This document shows, piece after piece, positions 51,286 through 61,609 of a DNA stretch of 64,000 nt (position 1 is its first letter; each line of letters opens with the position of its first letter). The notes below the pieces were generated by a model that made no database searches, was not told where the DNA came from, and saw nothing but the letters and a program-made list of their open reading frames with translations. The translations under genes and the position numbers were made by a program. Source of the DNA: Candidatus Dojkabacteria bacterium (GTDB lineage: Bacteria > Patescibacteriota > Dojkabacteria > B142 > OLB20); assembly GCA_035444565.1 (NCBI GenBank), contig DAOMOX010000002.1:105335-169334 (forward strand), given 5' to 3'.

Positions 51286-52716
51286 ATGGCACTATCAAAC
51301 CTCATAAAAACAATTCAGAATATAATGAGAAAAGATACAGGAGTTGATGGAGATGCTCAGCGAATCTCTCAGCTTACTTGGATGCTTTTCCTCAAGATAT
51401 TTGATGATAAAGAAAGTGAATATGAATTATTGGATTCAAATTATAAGTCCCCAATTCCAGAAGAACTTCGTTGGAGAAATTGGGCAGTAGAAGATACTGG
51501 AATTACAGGTGATGAATTGATAGATTTTATCAACGAAAAGCTTTTCCCTGGTCTAAAAAATATGAGTTGGCAGAAAGGAGATGATCCTAAGGGGTTTATT
51601 GTCAAAGAAATCTTTCAAGATAGCTACAATTATATGAAGTCAGGAACATTGATGAGGCAAGTTATCAATGTGATAGATAACGAAATTGACTTCAATAATA
51701 GTAAGCAAACTCATATTTTTAATGATATTTATGAGAAAATTTTAAAAGACCTCCAAAGTGCAGGAAACGCTGGCGAGTACTATACCCCACGAGCTGTAAC
51801 CAAGTTTGTTGTTGAGATGGTAGATCCACAACTCGGAGATAAGATTCTAGACCCTGCATGTGGTACAGGCGGATTTTTAATCGATTCACTTGAGCATATC
51901 AGAAACAATCAGGTTAAAACACCAGAAGAAGAAAAGCTATTGCAGAATTCAATTTATGGAACTGAAAAGAAGCCTCTTCCTCATATGCTTGTTATGACCA
52001 ACTTGATTCTACATGGCATTGAAGCTCCCCTAAATGTAAGGCGAGGAAATTCGTTAGCAAATTCTATTAGAGATATTACTCAAAAAGATCGTGTTGACGT
52101 TGTTATTACAAATCCTCCATTTGGTGGAATAGAACAAGATATGATCAAAAAAGGTTTTCCTACTCAATTCCAAACTAGTGAGACTGCAGACCTATTCTTA
52201 ATTATGATTATTGAGCTTCTGAAATCTGGTGGAAAAGCAGGAATAGTCTTACCAGATGGCTCACTTACTGGGGATGGGGTGAAAGCAAGAATTAGGGAAA
52301 AACTAATAACTGATTGCAACCTACATACGATTGTTAGGTTACCCAATTCGGTATTCGCACCATATGCGACTGTTGCTACAAATCTACTTTTTTTCACAAA
52401 AGGTGAATCAACAAAAGAAGTTTGGTATTACGAGCATACATTACCAGAAGGACAAAAATCATATTCAAAGACAAAAACTATTAATTTTGAAGAGTTTAAG
52501 CCAATACAAGAATGGTGGATTGATAGGAAAGAAAGTGAGGTGTCTTGGAAAGTAACTATCGATGATCTTCAAGAGACTGGCTTCAACTTAGATATTAAGA
52601 ATCCAAACAAGAAGGAGGATACTATTGAATTTACATCTGCTGAATTAATTAAGAAATTAGAAGATTCATTTGCAGATAGTAGAAAGCTACTTGAGGAAAT
52701 TAAAAAGGAATTATGA
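51286..52716 (+). CDS. hsdM: type I RM methyltransferase subunit M
   Basis: GVDGDAQR, GEYYTPR, DPACGTGGFL, NPPFGG. Confidence 0.96.
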   Translation: MALSNLIKTIQNIMRKDTGVDGDAQRISQLTWMLFLKIFDDKESEYELLDSNYKSPIPEELRWRNWAVEDTGITGDELIDFINEKLFPGLKNMSWQKGDDPKGFIVKEIFQDSYNYMKSGTLMRQVINVIDNEIDFNNSKQTHIFNDIYEKILKDLQSAGNAGEYYTPRAVTKFVVEMVDPQLGDKILDPACGTGGFLIDSLEHIRNNQVKTPEEEKLLQNSIYGTEKKPLPHMLVMTNLILHGIEAPLNVRRGNSLANSIRDITQKDRVDVVITNPPFGGIEQDMIKKGFPTQFQTSETADLFLIMIIELLKSGGKAGIVLPDGSLTGDGVKARIREKLITDCNLHTIVRLPNSVFAPYATVATNLLFFTKGESTKEVWYYEHTLPEGQKSYSKTKTINFEEFKPIQEWWIDRKESEVSWKVTIDDLQETGFNLDIKNPNKKEDTIEFTSAELIKKLEDSFADSRKLLEEIKKEL

Positions 52717-55403
52717 AACAGGAGTCATTATATGAAAATATTATTGAATGGTTAAAAGATAAGCCTTTATTTGTGCAAGACTCTGCTCGCAGGCTACTGC
52801 ACAATTCGGTTTTATCTGACAAGGACAAGGATGATATATTTATTTTACTTAAAAAAGAATGTGGTTTTGAGGGAATAGAACTAGTAAGCCAAGCAGTGAC
52901 ATCCTCTGACATCCCCTCAACAATTGCAAGCAATCAAGGATATCCGAAGTTATTATCAATCAAAAACCCTGTAAATATTAATGCCTTAAATACAAATGCT
53001 GTACTAAACTTTGATCCCAATGGTATTACTGTTGTATATGGGAAAAATGGATCTGGGAAATCAAGTTATTCAAGAATTTTAAAGCGCTTTTGTTGGAGTA
53101 GACATAAGGATACTAACATACTGCCAAATATTTATAGTTCCAATAATAATCCTCAATCTGTTGTTGTTGAGACAGATACCAATGAGCATAATTTAAAAAT
53201 AGCCGATCAAATATCAGTATCTGAATTAAATTCTATCTATGTATTCGATTCAAATTGTTCGTCTGTATATGTGAATAATGAAACTGAGACTCAATATAAA
53301 CCTGCAGAAATTGATCTTATACAAGATCTTGTAAACCTATTAAAGGATTTAAATCAACAGGTGAATAATGAAGAAGATAAATTAGTTACTACCAAACCAG
53401 AGCTGTCTTTTGAGGATTACCGTAACACTAATATTTATAGTTGGTATTCAAATATTGAAAAAGAATCATCTGAGAATATTTCATCTAAACTAACGATTAG
53501 TAAAGAGAATCGGAAGAGACACGGCGATTTAGAGGAGTTGCTCGCTAAAAGTGATCCAAGCAAGGAAAATCAAGATCTAATACAAAAGAAAACACGATAT
53601 GAGACCTTAAGAAATGAATTACTTAGAATTGAGAAAGCGTTTTCTAAGCTGAACTTTCAAAATATTAGGAAACTGAAAAACGATTTTAATATAAAGAAAG
53701 GTGCATACGAACTGTCGAAATCAATGATTGAAAAATATAATAAGTTAGCGGGCATAGGCTCTGAGTCTTGGAAACTATTATGGCAAGCTGCTAAGAAGTA
53801 TGCTACAACTGAAGTACATCCTCACGTGTCTGAGTATCCCTCTGGCACAAGTGCCAATGTATGTATGCTCTGTCAGCAGGATTTAGATAATGAAGCAAAG
53901 AAAAAGCAAATAGACTTTGACTCTTTTATCCAGAGTAATGCCAGTGCAGAATTTGATCAAGCGAAAAAAACTGTTTTAGATAAATACAACCAAATTGTCA
54001 ATGTAAAAATCACTGCCTCACAAGATACAATAGTAGAGATAAAACAAGACGTAGATGGATTTGAGGCTAAATATAATACATTTGAAACAGAATTTAAGAA
54101 AGTACAAGCTAGCTGGCTCAAATATTTAGATGAAAATGAAGCTACAAATGAGATCCTAATATCTGCTTATCAGGAAAAAGAAGAAGTATCAGAAAGTAAA
54201 GTAACACTCGAAGAAGTGAAAAGTGATCAAGTTCAAGTAATTGATAGTGTTATATATAAAGAGGAATTGAAGTGCATTTCCGATTTAATCGCTAAAGAGG
54301 TAGAAAATATAGAAGAAAAGATTCTCGCAAATAAGAAATTATTAGAAGATAGACCAACTTTGGAAAAGGAAAAAAAAGAGTTAGATGCATTGCTCTACCT
54401 TGAATCAAAGAAAACCGAACTTCTGGGATATTTAACAGAGTCTTCTCTTAAAGAAAGATATAAGTCTTGCAAAGCTAAGCTTAATACATCTCAATACTCA
54501 AAAAAAATAGGGGACTTATTAGAAACTAATGGTATTAATTTGTTGAAAACTGAATTTACATCTGTACTTAATTTCTTCAATACTGATCTTGCTTCAAAAG
54601 TTTGCTTAGAAAAAACCAGAACAGATAGCGGTACTACTTTCCACCAATTGGGATTCTCAACAATTAACGGAAGTATGAATTCTGTTTTGAGTGAAGGTGA
54701 ACAGAAAATAATTTCACTCTCTGGGTTCTTAGCCGAATGTACCATTGGTGGTGCGAAGAACACGATCGTATTCGATGATCCTGTAAATTCTCTTGATCAA
54801 GATTATCGAGAGGCTATAGCTGATAAATTAATAGAGCTTTGTAAGGACAGACAAATAATAGTATTTACTCACGACCTTTATTTTCTTAGCTTACTTATGT
54901 ATGGTTCAAAGGAAACTAATGGAGAAGAGTGTAAATCTTTGTCTTTAGAATTTGCGGAGAGTAGTGGAATCGTCACTGATGAAGTACCATTCTTAGCTAA
55001 GAATGTTCAACAAAGAATTGATAATATCAAAAGTGAACTTAATAAATTATCTTCGTTAACAAGTGGAAAAGATACCGCATTAGATTCAATTCGGAAGAAA
55101 ATGCGTTTTCTTGTCGAGAAATCAATAGAAGAGATACTTTCAAATAAAGCAATCCAAAGATTTAGCAAGAACATTACGGTCAAGAAAGACCTACTGGCCA
55201 GTTATGTGGTCACAGACAAAAATGATATTAACTACTTGATTGATTTATATGGAAAGTATTCTATTACAGAACATGATGGGGGCTTCGAGATTGTCCCAAA
55301 ACTTCCAGATGAAACTGCTATTAGAAACGATCTAACTGAGTTTTCAACTTGGAAGGATAAATTTAAAACTAAACTCGATACGTATAAAAATAATGGAATA
55401 TAA
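52713..55403 (+). CDS. SMC/Rad50-like ABC ATPase with zinc hook (RloC-like)
   Basis: GKNGSGKS, coiled coils, CMLCQQ, LSEGE, IVFDDPVNSLD, VFTHD, helical C-terminal domain. Confidence 0.8.
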   Translation: MKQESLYENIIEWLKDKPLFVQDSARRLLHNSVLSDKDKDDIFILLKKECGFEGIELVSQAVTSSDIPSTIASNQGYPKLLSIKNPVNINALNTNAVLNFDPNGITVVYGKNGSGKSSYSRILKRFCWSRHKDTNILPNIYSSNNNPQSVVVETDTNEHNLKIADQISVSELNSIYVFDSNCSSVYVNNETETQYKPAEIDLIQDLVNLLKDLNQQVNNEEDKLVTTKPELSFEDYRNTNIYSWYSNIEKESSENISSKLTISKENRKRHGDLEELLAKSDPSKENQDLIQKKTRYETLRNELLRIEKAFSKLNFQNIRKLKNDFNIKKGAYELSKSMIEKYNKLAGIGSESWKLLWQAAKKYATTEVHPHVSEYPSGTSANVCMLCQQDLDNEAKKKQIDFDSFIQSNASAEFDQAKKTVLDKYNQIVNVKITASQDTIVEIKQDVDGFEAKYNTFETEFKKVQASWLKYLDENEATNEILISAYQEKEEVSESKVTLEEVKSDQVQVIDSVIYKEELKCISDLIAKEVENIEEKILANKKLLEDRPTLEKEKKELDALLYLESKKTELLGYLTESSLKERYKSCKAKLNTSQYSKKIGDLLETNGINLLKTEFTSVLNFFNTDLASKVCLEKTRTDSGTTFHQLGFSTINGSMNSVLSEGEQKIISLSGFLAECTIGGAKNTIVFDDPVNSLDQDYREAIADKLIELCKDRQIIVFTHDLYFLSLLMYGSKETNGEECKSLSLEFAESSGIVTDEVPFLAKNVQQRIDNIKSELNKLSSLTSGKDTALDSIRKKMRFLVEKSIEEILSNKAIQRFSKNITVKKDLLASYVVTDKNDINYLIDLYGKYSITEHDGGFEIVPKLPDETAIRNDLTEFSTWKDKFKTKLDTYKNNGI

Positions 55404-56568
55404 AATCCAGAAAGTAAAACTCAAGGATGTTTGTAAAATAGAAAAAGGCAAGATAGGTATTACGAAAGCAGTAAAAGGAGAATATCCTTTGGTTGTAACT
55501 GCTGAAGAAAGATTAAGCCACAACGAATGGCATTTCAATGAACCTGCGACAATTGTACCCCTTGTCTCTTCTACTGGTCACGGGCATGCAAGTATAAAAA
55601 GGCTACATTACGCAGATGGTAAATATGCTGTTGGAAATATACTTGCTACTCTTATTCCAATAGATCATGACTATCTTAATGCTAAATATCTTTATGTGTA
55701 TCTAACAATAAATAAAGAGGAATTATTGGTATCGCAAATGACTGGGGCAGCTAACGTCACTCTAACACTTACTAGATTAGCAGATGTAGAAATTGAAATT
55801 CCCGATTATGCCACTCAACTAAAAGTTATAAACCGTTATGAAGATTCTGAAAATTTCAAGAATCAGATGGGTTCACAAATAGAAGTTAGATCCCAGTTAA
55901 TTGAAAATCTCCGCCAACAAATTCTCAATGATGCGATAACAGGTAAATTATCAGAAAAATGGAGGAGAGACAATCTGGGAGACGTAATTACTGACATAGG
56001 TACAGGTTGGAAAATATGTAGGTTATTTGAAGTGGCAGACTTTTTTAATGGCAAGGCTCATGAACCTATTGTCTCTGAGAATGGTAAATTTATATTAATT
56101 AACTCTAAATTTGTTTCGAACTCAGGTGATACAAAGATAAAAATGGTAACGGAAAGGCTAACACCACTTCAAAGTGGAGATATTGCATTTGTTATGAGTG
56201 ATGTACCAGGTGGAAGAGCACTTGCAAGAACATATTTAGTTGAACGAGATGATAAATATTCCCTTAATCAAAGGATTTGTGGTTTTAAAGCAAAAAGTTG
56301 TATTTTACCCGCTTTCTTGAATGTAATTCTGAATAGAAATGATTATTTTTTATCTTTTGATGATGGAAAAAAGCAAACAAATTTAAGAAAAGACCAAATC
56401 ATACAGTTTGAATTTTCTCTTCCTTCAATTTCAGAACAACACTATATTGTGGAGGGAATAAAATCTCTATTTATAAAGATCGATCGAATAAATCAAATAA
56501 ACAATGAGAATCTGACCATGGTTGATCTTCTGAACAAAGTATCACTTAAAGAATTGTTCGGCAATTAA
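55393..56568 (+). CDS. hsdS: type I RM specificity subunit S
   Basis: Two TRDs, LRQQILNDAITGKL, LPSISEQ; position in operon. Confidence 0.9.
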   Translation: MEYKIQKVKLKDVCKIEKGKIGITKAVKGEYPLVVTAEERLSHNEWHFNEPATIVPLVSSTGHGHASIKRLHYADGKYAVGNILATLIPIDHDYLNAKYLYVYLTINKEELLVSQMTGAANVTLTLTRLADVEIEIPDYATQLKVINRYEDSENFKNQMGSQIEVRSQLIENLRQQILNDAITGKLSEKWRRDNLGDVITDIGTGWKICRLFEVADFFNGKAHEPIVSENGKFILINSKFVSNSGDTKIKMVTERLTPLQSGDIAFVMSDVPGGRALARTYLVERDDKYSLNQRICGFKAKSCILPAFLNVILNRNDYFLSFDDGKKQTNLRKDQIIQFEFSLPSISEQHYIVEGIKSLFIKIDRINQINNENLTMVDLLNKVSLKELFGN

Positions 56569-56585
56569 GTTATAATAATATACTT

Positions 56586-57791
56586 ATGGCAACAACTATA
56601 AAATGCGAACAATGCGGAAATGTAATTGAAATTACGGATGCAATCCGCAAAGAACTTGAGGCTAAAGTACTTCAAGAGACTCAAGCAAAACATGATGCTG
56701 AAATAAAAGCTTTAAAAGAAAAACAAGAGCAACTTGAAGAGCAAAAGCAAAAGGAAATTGAACAAGTTAAACAAGAAATATCAGAATCAGCAAAAAAAGA
56801 TGCAATAGAAAAAGTCCGCAAAGAATATGATACGAAGATCAATTCAACTAAAGAAGAGTCGGAAGAAAGAGAAAAACAAAACCAAGAATTACAAAAACAA
56901 GTTTCGGATCTCATTAAACAACTTAGAGAATCAAAGGATACAGAGGGAAAATTAAAGATACAATTTGAGAAACAGTTGCTAGAGGAACAAGACAATATTA
57001 AGCAAGGAGCTAAAAAAGAAGCACAAGAAGAACTAAGCCTACAAATAGCACAAAAGGATAAGATGCTCGAAGATCTTAAAAAACAACTTCAAGAAGCACA
57101 AAGGAAAGCTCAACAAGGTTCTCAGCAACTTCAAGGTGAAGTACAGGAACTTGCTCTTGAAGACCAACTAAAACAAGCATTTATATACGATGAAGTTTCA
57201 GAAGTACCTAAAGGTATAAATGGAGCAGATGTGATACAGACCGTAAGAACCAATTTCGGTACTTCTTGCGGAACTATTGTTTGGGAATCTAAAAATACCA
57301 AAGCATGGTCTCAACAATGGGTTGCAAAGCTAAAAGAAGATACAAGAACATTAAAAGCGGATATATCAGTTTTAGTATCATCTGTACTACCAGAAGGAAT
57401 TCAATCATTTGCTCAAATAGACGGAGTATGGGTGTGCGATATGAAGAGTGCAATACCATTAGCATTTGCTCTCAGAGAGAGGATTATCGCCGTTAGAAAT
57501 ATTCAAGAGGCAAATAAAGGAAAAGCAACTAAAGCGGAGGTTGTATACAATTACTTAATAAGTAATGATTTTAAACAGCGAATTGAAGTTTGGATTGAGT
57601 ATTTCAAATCAAGGAAGGAAGAGTTAGATATAGAGAAGCGGTATTTCATGAAGAAGTGGGATAAAGAAGATAAGAATATTATGAAAGTCCTCCATAACAC
57701 AGCAGGAATGTATGGCGATTTACAGGGACTTATTGGTACTGCTTTACCGAAGGTTCAGTATCTGGAACTACCAGAAGAGATACATAATTAA
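56586..57791 (+). CDS. DUF2130 domain protein
   Basis: N-terminal CEQC, long coiled coil, QGSQQLQGEVQE, GAD, WESKNTK. Confidence 0.85.
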   Translation: MATTIKCEQCGNVIEITDAIRKELEAKVLQETQAKHDAEIKALKEKQEQLEEQKQKEIEQVKQEISESAKKDAIEKVRKEYDTKINSTKEESEEREKQNQELQKQVSDLIKQLRESKDTEGKLKIQFEKQLLEEQDNIKQGAKKEAQEELSLQIAQKDKMLEDLKKQLQEAQRKAQQGSQQLQGEVQELALEDQLKQAFIYDEVSEVPKGINGADVIQTVRTNFGTSCGTIVWESKNTKAWSQQWVAKLKEDTRTLKADISVLVSSVLPEGIQSFAQIDGVWVCDMKSAIPLAFALRERIIAVRNIQEANKGKATKAEVVYNYLISNDFKQRIEVWIEYFKSRKEELDIEKRYFMKKWDKEDKNIMKVLHNTAGMYGDLQGLIGTALPKVQYLELPEEIHN

Positions 57792-57813
57792 AATACTTAT
57801 ATTAAAATATCTT

Positions 57814-60090
57814 ATGAGGCATATAGAAAAAACTGAAAAAGTATCATTACAAAATTTACTCTCTCAGATTCACAAAGGGGAATTTGTAATTCCTGATTTC
57901 CAACGAGAGTTTGAGTGGAATCCTTGGGATGTAGCAGATTTGTTAAAGTCCATTTTTATGGACTACTATGTAGGTACTCTTCTTTTTTGGAAAGCTTCTG
58001 ATGAAAATATCAAAATACTTAATTGTGAGCCAATATATGGTTATAGAAGTAATGGTGATCCTAGACACATTGTACTAGATGGTCAGCAACGTCTATCAGC
58101 CTTGTATTACGCCTTTTTTGCAAAGGACATTCCTTTTCCCAAAAGAAAATCAAGTTGCCATTTTTTTATTGATATTAACAACTTGTTAGATTCCGATTAT
58201 GATGAAGCATTTTATTATGAATGGGAATCTAAAAGTATAAAAAGTCTATTAAGTAACCCAGAACAACAATACAAGAACAACATTTTACCAATCTCTGTTC
58301 TAACAGAGACCTTTGCCTTCTTTACTTGGCTTAACGGATATAAGGAATTCCTTCTAAAACAAGGTGTAGACGCTGAGAAAGTAAACGAAATATATGATGC
58401 TTTAAAGCAAATAGTAGAAGTAACGCTAAGCGAATACAGCATAAGCTACATTGAATTGGACAGGAATATGCCTATTGAAAAAGTATGTGATATCTTTACA
58501 AAGATTAACAGCAAAGGAGTACCTTTAAGTATATTCGACCTTCTCAATGCAATATTACGCCCTCATGAGATCAATCTAAAAGAAAATTGGAGGATTATAA
58601 AAGATGAGTTAATGTTTGTTGATGAAGCAAGAACAAAAGTTCATCTTTTACAGAATATGTCTATAAAACTACAAGACTATTGCTCTCCAAGATATTTGTA
58701 CTATCTTGTACCTAATGCAACGAAAACAATTCGGTTAGAAGACAATACTAAGGAAGAGAAGATACTTGTTGCAGATGCAGTTACTTTTGAGAAGGAATGG
58801 CATGCTTCAATTGAAGCATATAAGAATGCTGTTAAAACGCTTAGAAATCCTCGTGAATATGGAGTAATCGATATGAGATTTCTCCCTTACAATGGAATAT
58901 TACCAATATTTTCGGCACTTAAAGCCTACATTGATAATAATTTAGAAGAAAATCATCTTTCGGCAATCAAGAAACTTAGACAGTGGTATTGGGCATCAGT
59001 TTTTACACAAAACTACTCTAGTTCGGTTGAATCACAGTCTGCAAAAGACTACAAATTGATGATTAAGTGGTTTGAAGATGATGATGCAATACCTGAAATC
59101 GTACAGAGATTTAAAGATTCATACCAAAATTTAGACCTAACCCGAGAAACAAAACAAAATTCAGCGATTTATAATGCAATTTTTAATCTCTATATCATTA
59201 ATGGAGCTAGAGACTGGAAGACACTTGATTTACCTGACTATTCACAACTTGATGATCATCATATTGTTCCACGCTCATGGGGAAAGGATGTTGTTGGTGA
59301 GGATATAAATTCAATACTTAATAGAACGCCTTTACTACCTACAACTAACAGACACATAATTAGTGATACATTACCTAATGAATACTTGCCCAAATTATTT
59401 AGTAGTAATAATGCAGATGAAATTTATAAACTTTTTGCCTCTCATCAGATTAGCAAAAAAGCAATAGAAATATTATCTAAAGAGTCCTTTAATAAAGATG
59501 ATTACTATGAATTTTTAGAGGAAAGAAAGAAACTAATCCTCACTCAGATTCAAACCATATTTGAAGACCCAACAAATGATTCAAATCCAGATACAATTGA
59601 AGAACTCATTGCACTTGGCGAAAATTCCAAGCTTGAGTTTAAATCCTCTTATAGATGGGATATGGACAGAGATATTCAAGATAAAAAAATGGAAGAAATC
59701 ATTTTTAAAACAATATCAGCATTTAATAACGCTCATGGTGGAACATTAATAATTGGGGTTGATGATAACGGTGTTGCATTGGGTCTTGATAAAGATTATT
59801 TGACCTTAAAAGATGGGAACAAGGATGAGTTTGAAATACATTTAAGAAATCAACTTAATAAAACCTTTGGTACTGTTTTTAGTACAACTAATTTAATAGT
59901 TACATTTCCTGTCTTGGATGGAAAAGAAATTTGTAGAATAGATGTAGAAGCAGGTAAGGAGCCTGTTTTCCTAGAAGTTATGGATAAACATGGGCGGAAG
60001 TTTGAGAGATTTTATATCAGAAGTGGGAATACATCACAGCCATTAGAGAAAGGGAGTGAGATAACTGAGTATATAAGAAAAAGGTTTTAA
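57814..60090 (+). CDS. GmrSD-like DUF262 + HNH-like + AlbA_2 (Schlafen-like) fusion
   Basis: IPDFQREFEW, VLDGQQRL, DDHHIVP, GENSKLEFKSS, AFNNAHGGTLIIGVDD, FYIRSGN. Confidence 0.85.
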   Translation: MRHIEKTEKVSLQNLLSQIHKGEFVIPDFQREFEWNPWDVADLLKSIFMDYYVGTLLFWKASDENIKILNCEPIYGYRSNGDPRHIVLDGQQRLSALYYAFFAKDIPFPKRKSSCHFFIDINNLLDSDYDEAFYYEWESKSIKSLLSNPEQQYKNNILPISVLTETFAFFTWLNGYKEFLLKQGVDAEKVNEIYDALKQIVEVTLSEYSISYIELDRNMPIEKVCDIFTKINSKGVPLSIFDLLNAILRPHEINLKENWRIIKDELMFVDEARTKVHLLQNMSIKLQDYCSPRYLYYLVPNATKTIRLEDNTKEEKILVADAVTFEKEWHASIEAYKNAVKTLRNPREYGVIDMRFLPYNGILPIFSALKAYIDNNLEENHLSAIKKLRQWYWASVFTQNYSSSVESQSAKDYKLMIKWFEDDDAIPEIVQRFKDSYQNLDLTRETKQNSAIYNAIFNLYIINGARDWKTLDLPDYSQLDDHHIVPRSWGKDVVGEDINSILNRTPLLPTTNRHIISDTLPNEYLPKLFSSNNADEIYKLFASHQISKKAIEILSKESFNKDDYYEFLEERKKLILTQIQTIFEDPTNDSNPDTIEELIALGENSKLEFKSSYRWDMDRDIQDKKMEEIIFKTISAFNNAHGGTLIIGVDDNGVALGLDKDYLTLKDGNKDEFEIHLRNQLNKTFGTVFSTTNLIVTFPVLDGKEICRIDVEAGKEPVFLEVMDKHGRKFERFYIRSGNTSQPLEKGSEITEYIRKRF

Positions 60091-60093
60091 CAC

Positions 60094-60744
60094 TTAGTTA
60101 GGTACATTTAGTGCTAGTACAACCTTTCCGTTTATCAGAAGATCTTCATTCTCAAAAATAAATATCGGTTGGTGCTTTTGATTTGAAGAATTCGGTTTTA
60201 GTACGATAGAATTTTCCGTCTTATTATAAACTTTAATAGTTGCACCCCCATTAATAATGGCAAGTACTATATCACCCTCATTTATTTGCGCTTCTTTGTC
60301 AATAACTGCAAAACTGTTATCACTTAGAAGTGTTGCATAGGGGGACTTTTTACTCGGAGCATATTGCTGATTCATAGAGTCCCCATCTACCTTTACGGCA
60401 AATAAATTGCCATTATTTTTTACCACAGTTGAGTCAACCTCAATAATCCCCATTCTTTCTTCTTCCGCATTCGCAAGTGGCTGTCCTGCATTAGCAACTC
60501 CTAATAGAGGAATTCTAGTAAATTTTAAGCTTTCTACTAATTGCAGAGTTCTCTTACCAATAGAGTTATCTTTGGTTATAAAACCTTCGTTCTCGAGTAC
60601 TTTTACATGGTAATGTACGCCTGCCCTTGATTCTATATCAACGTTATCAGCGATCTCCTCTAATGTTGGCGACACTGAATTTTCGGCAAAATACTCACGA
60701 ATAAAAGCAAGAATCTGTTTTTGTTTTTGAGTTAGTTGAGCCAT
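60094..60744 (-). CDS. lexA: LexA-family repressor
   Basis: LTQKQKQIL..PTLEEIA HTH, ANAGQP cleavage site, GDSM serine, TIK lysine. Confidence 0.85.
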   Translation of the reverse strand: MAQLTQKQKQILAFIREYFAENSVSPTLEEIADNVDIESRAGVHYHVKVLENEGFITKDNSIGKRTLQLVESLKFTRIPLLGVANAGQPLANAEEERMGIIEVDSTVVKNNGNLFAVKVDGDSMNQQYAPSKKSPYATLLSDNSFAVIDKEAQINEGDIVLAIINGGATIKVYNKTENSIVLKPNSSNQKHQPIFIFENEDLLINGKVVLALNVPN

Positions 60745-60852
60745 ACTTTGACATTTGTTAAATATTCTGTTAAGCTACATTCTAACATCTTCTAACTTTT
60801 GTTTCAAGTGTTAATAACTGCCCAAACTACTTTAATTAATATATTTATTCAA

Positions 60853-61098
60853 ATGGGTAAGTCGAATATTCATGTTACGAAAAGACAGGACGGTAAGTGG
60901 CAGGACAAAAAGGCAGGTGGAGATAAAGCCTCTGGTGTATTTAATACTCAGAAAGAAGCTGAAAAGCATGCAAAGCAAATATTAAGGAATCAGGGCGGAG
61001 GTGAAGTTAGGATTCACGGACTTGATGGGAAGATAAGGGATTCTGACACAGTAAAACCTGCAAATGATCCTAACCCACCAAAAGATAAAGTACATTAA
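60853..61098 (+). CDS. DUF2188 domain protein
   Basis: HVTKR..W..KAS..TQKEA..EVRIHGLDGKIRDSDT. Confidence 0.85.
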   Translation: MGKSNIHVTKRQDGKWQDKKAGGDKASGVFNTQKEAEKHAKQILRNQGGGEVRIHGLDGKIRDSDTVKPANDPNPPKDKVH

Positions 61099-61109
61099 TA
61101 AGCATTAAC

Positions 61110-61607
61110 ATGAAAGAATTTATTGAAAACATATCTTTAATTCAATGGATTATCGGCGGCATTATTACTGCATTAATCCCTTTTCTAATCTTTATTCGTA
61201 AATACGTAATTTTACAATTTAGGTTTGCGAATAATCTAAGGAGAAAGATTTATTTTTTAAGATTAGAGGATTCAGCTCCACTAATTTCAGAAAGAGAACT
61301 AATCAGCAAGACAAAGCTATTTAATGTGGAAAAAGATATATACACAGTATCTGATGACCCAAAAGTACTCCAACTTATGGAAAAACATAGCCTATTCGTA
61401 ATTGGCTATGATGCTAACTATAGCAAGTATAAGGAGCTGATAGATAAAGCACAGGAGAACAATACACCAATCATAATTTATGCAAAACAGGGAGAGATAG
61501 AAGATTCAAAACATTGGGATCTCTTCAATAACTACATTTATTGTGATGTAGCCAACACAAGTAGTAGATTAACAGTAATTATTTTAAATACCATGTATAT
61601 TGTCTAA
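61110..61607 (+). CDS. 1-TM protein with alpha/beta domain; candidate CBASS effector
   Basis: N-terminal hydrophobic helix; stop 2 nt before the CD-NTase. Confidence 0.6.
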   Translation: MKEFIENISLIQWIIGGIITALIPFLIFIRKYVILQFRFANNLRRKIYFLRLEDSAPLISERELISKTKLFNVEKDIYTVSDDPKVLQLMEKHSLFVIGYDANYSKYKELIDKAQENNTPIIIYAKQGEIEDSKHWDLFNNYIYCDVANTSSRLTVIILNTMYIV

Positions 61608-61609
61608 AA

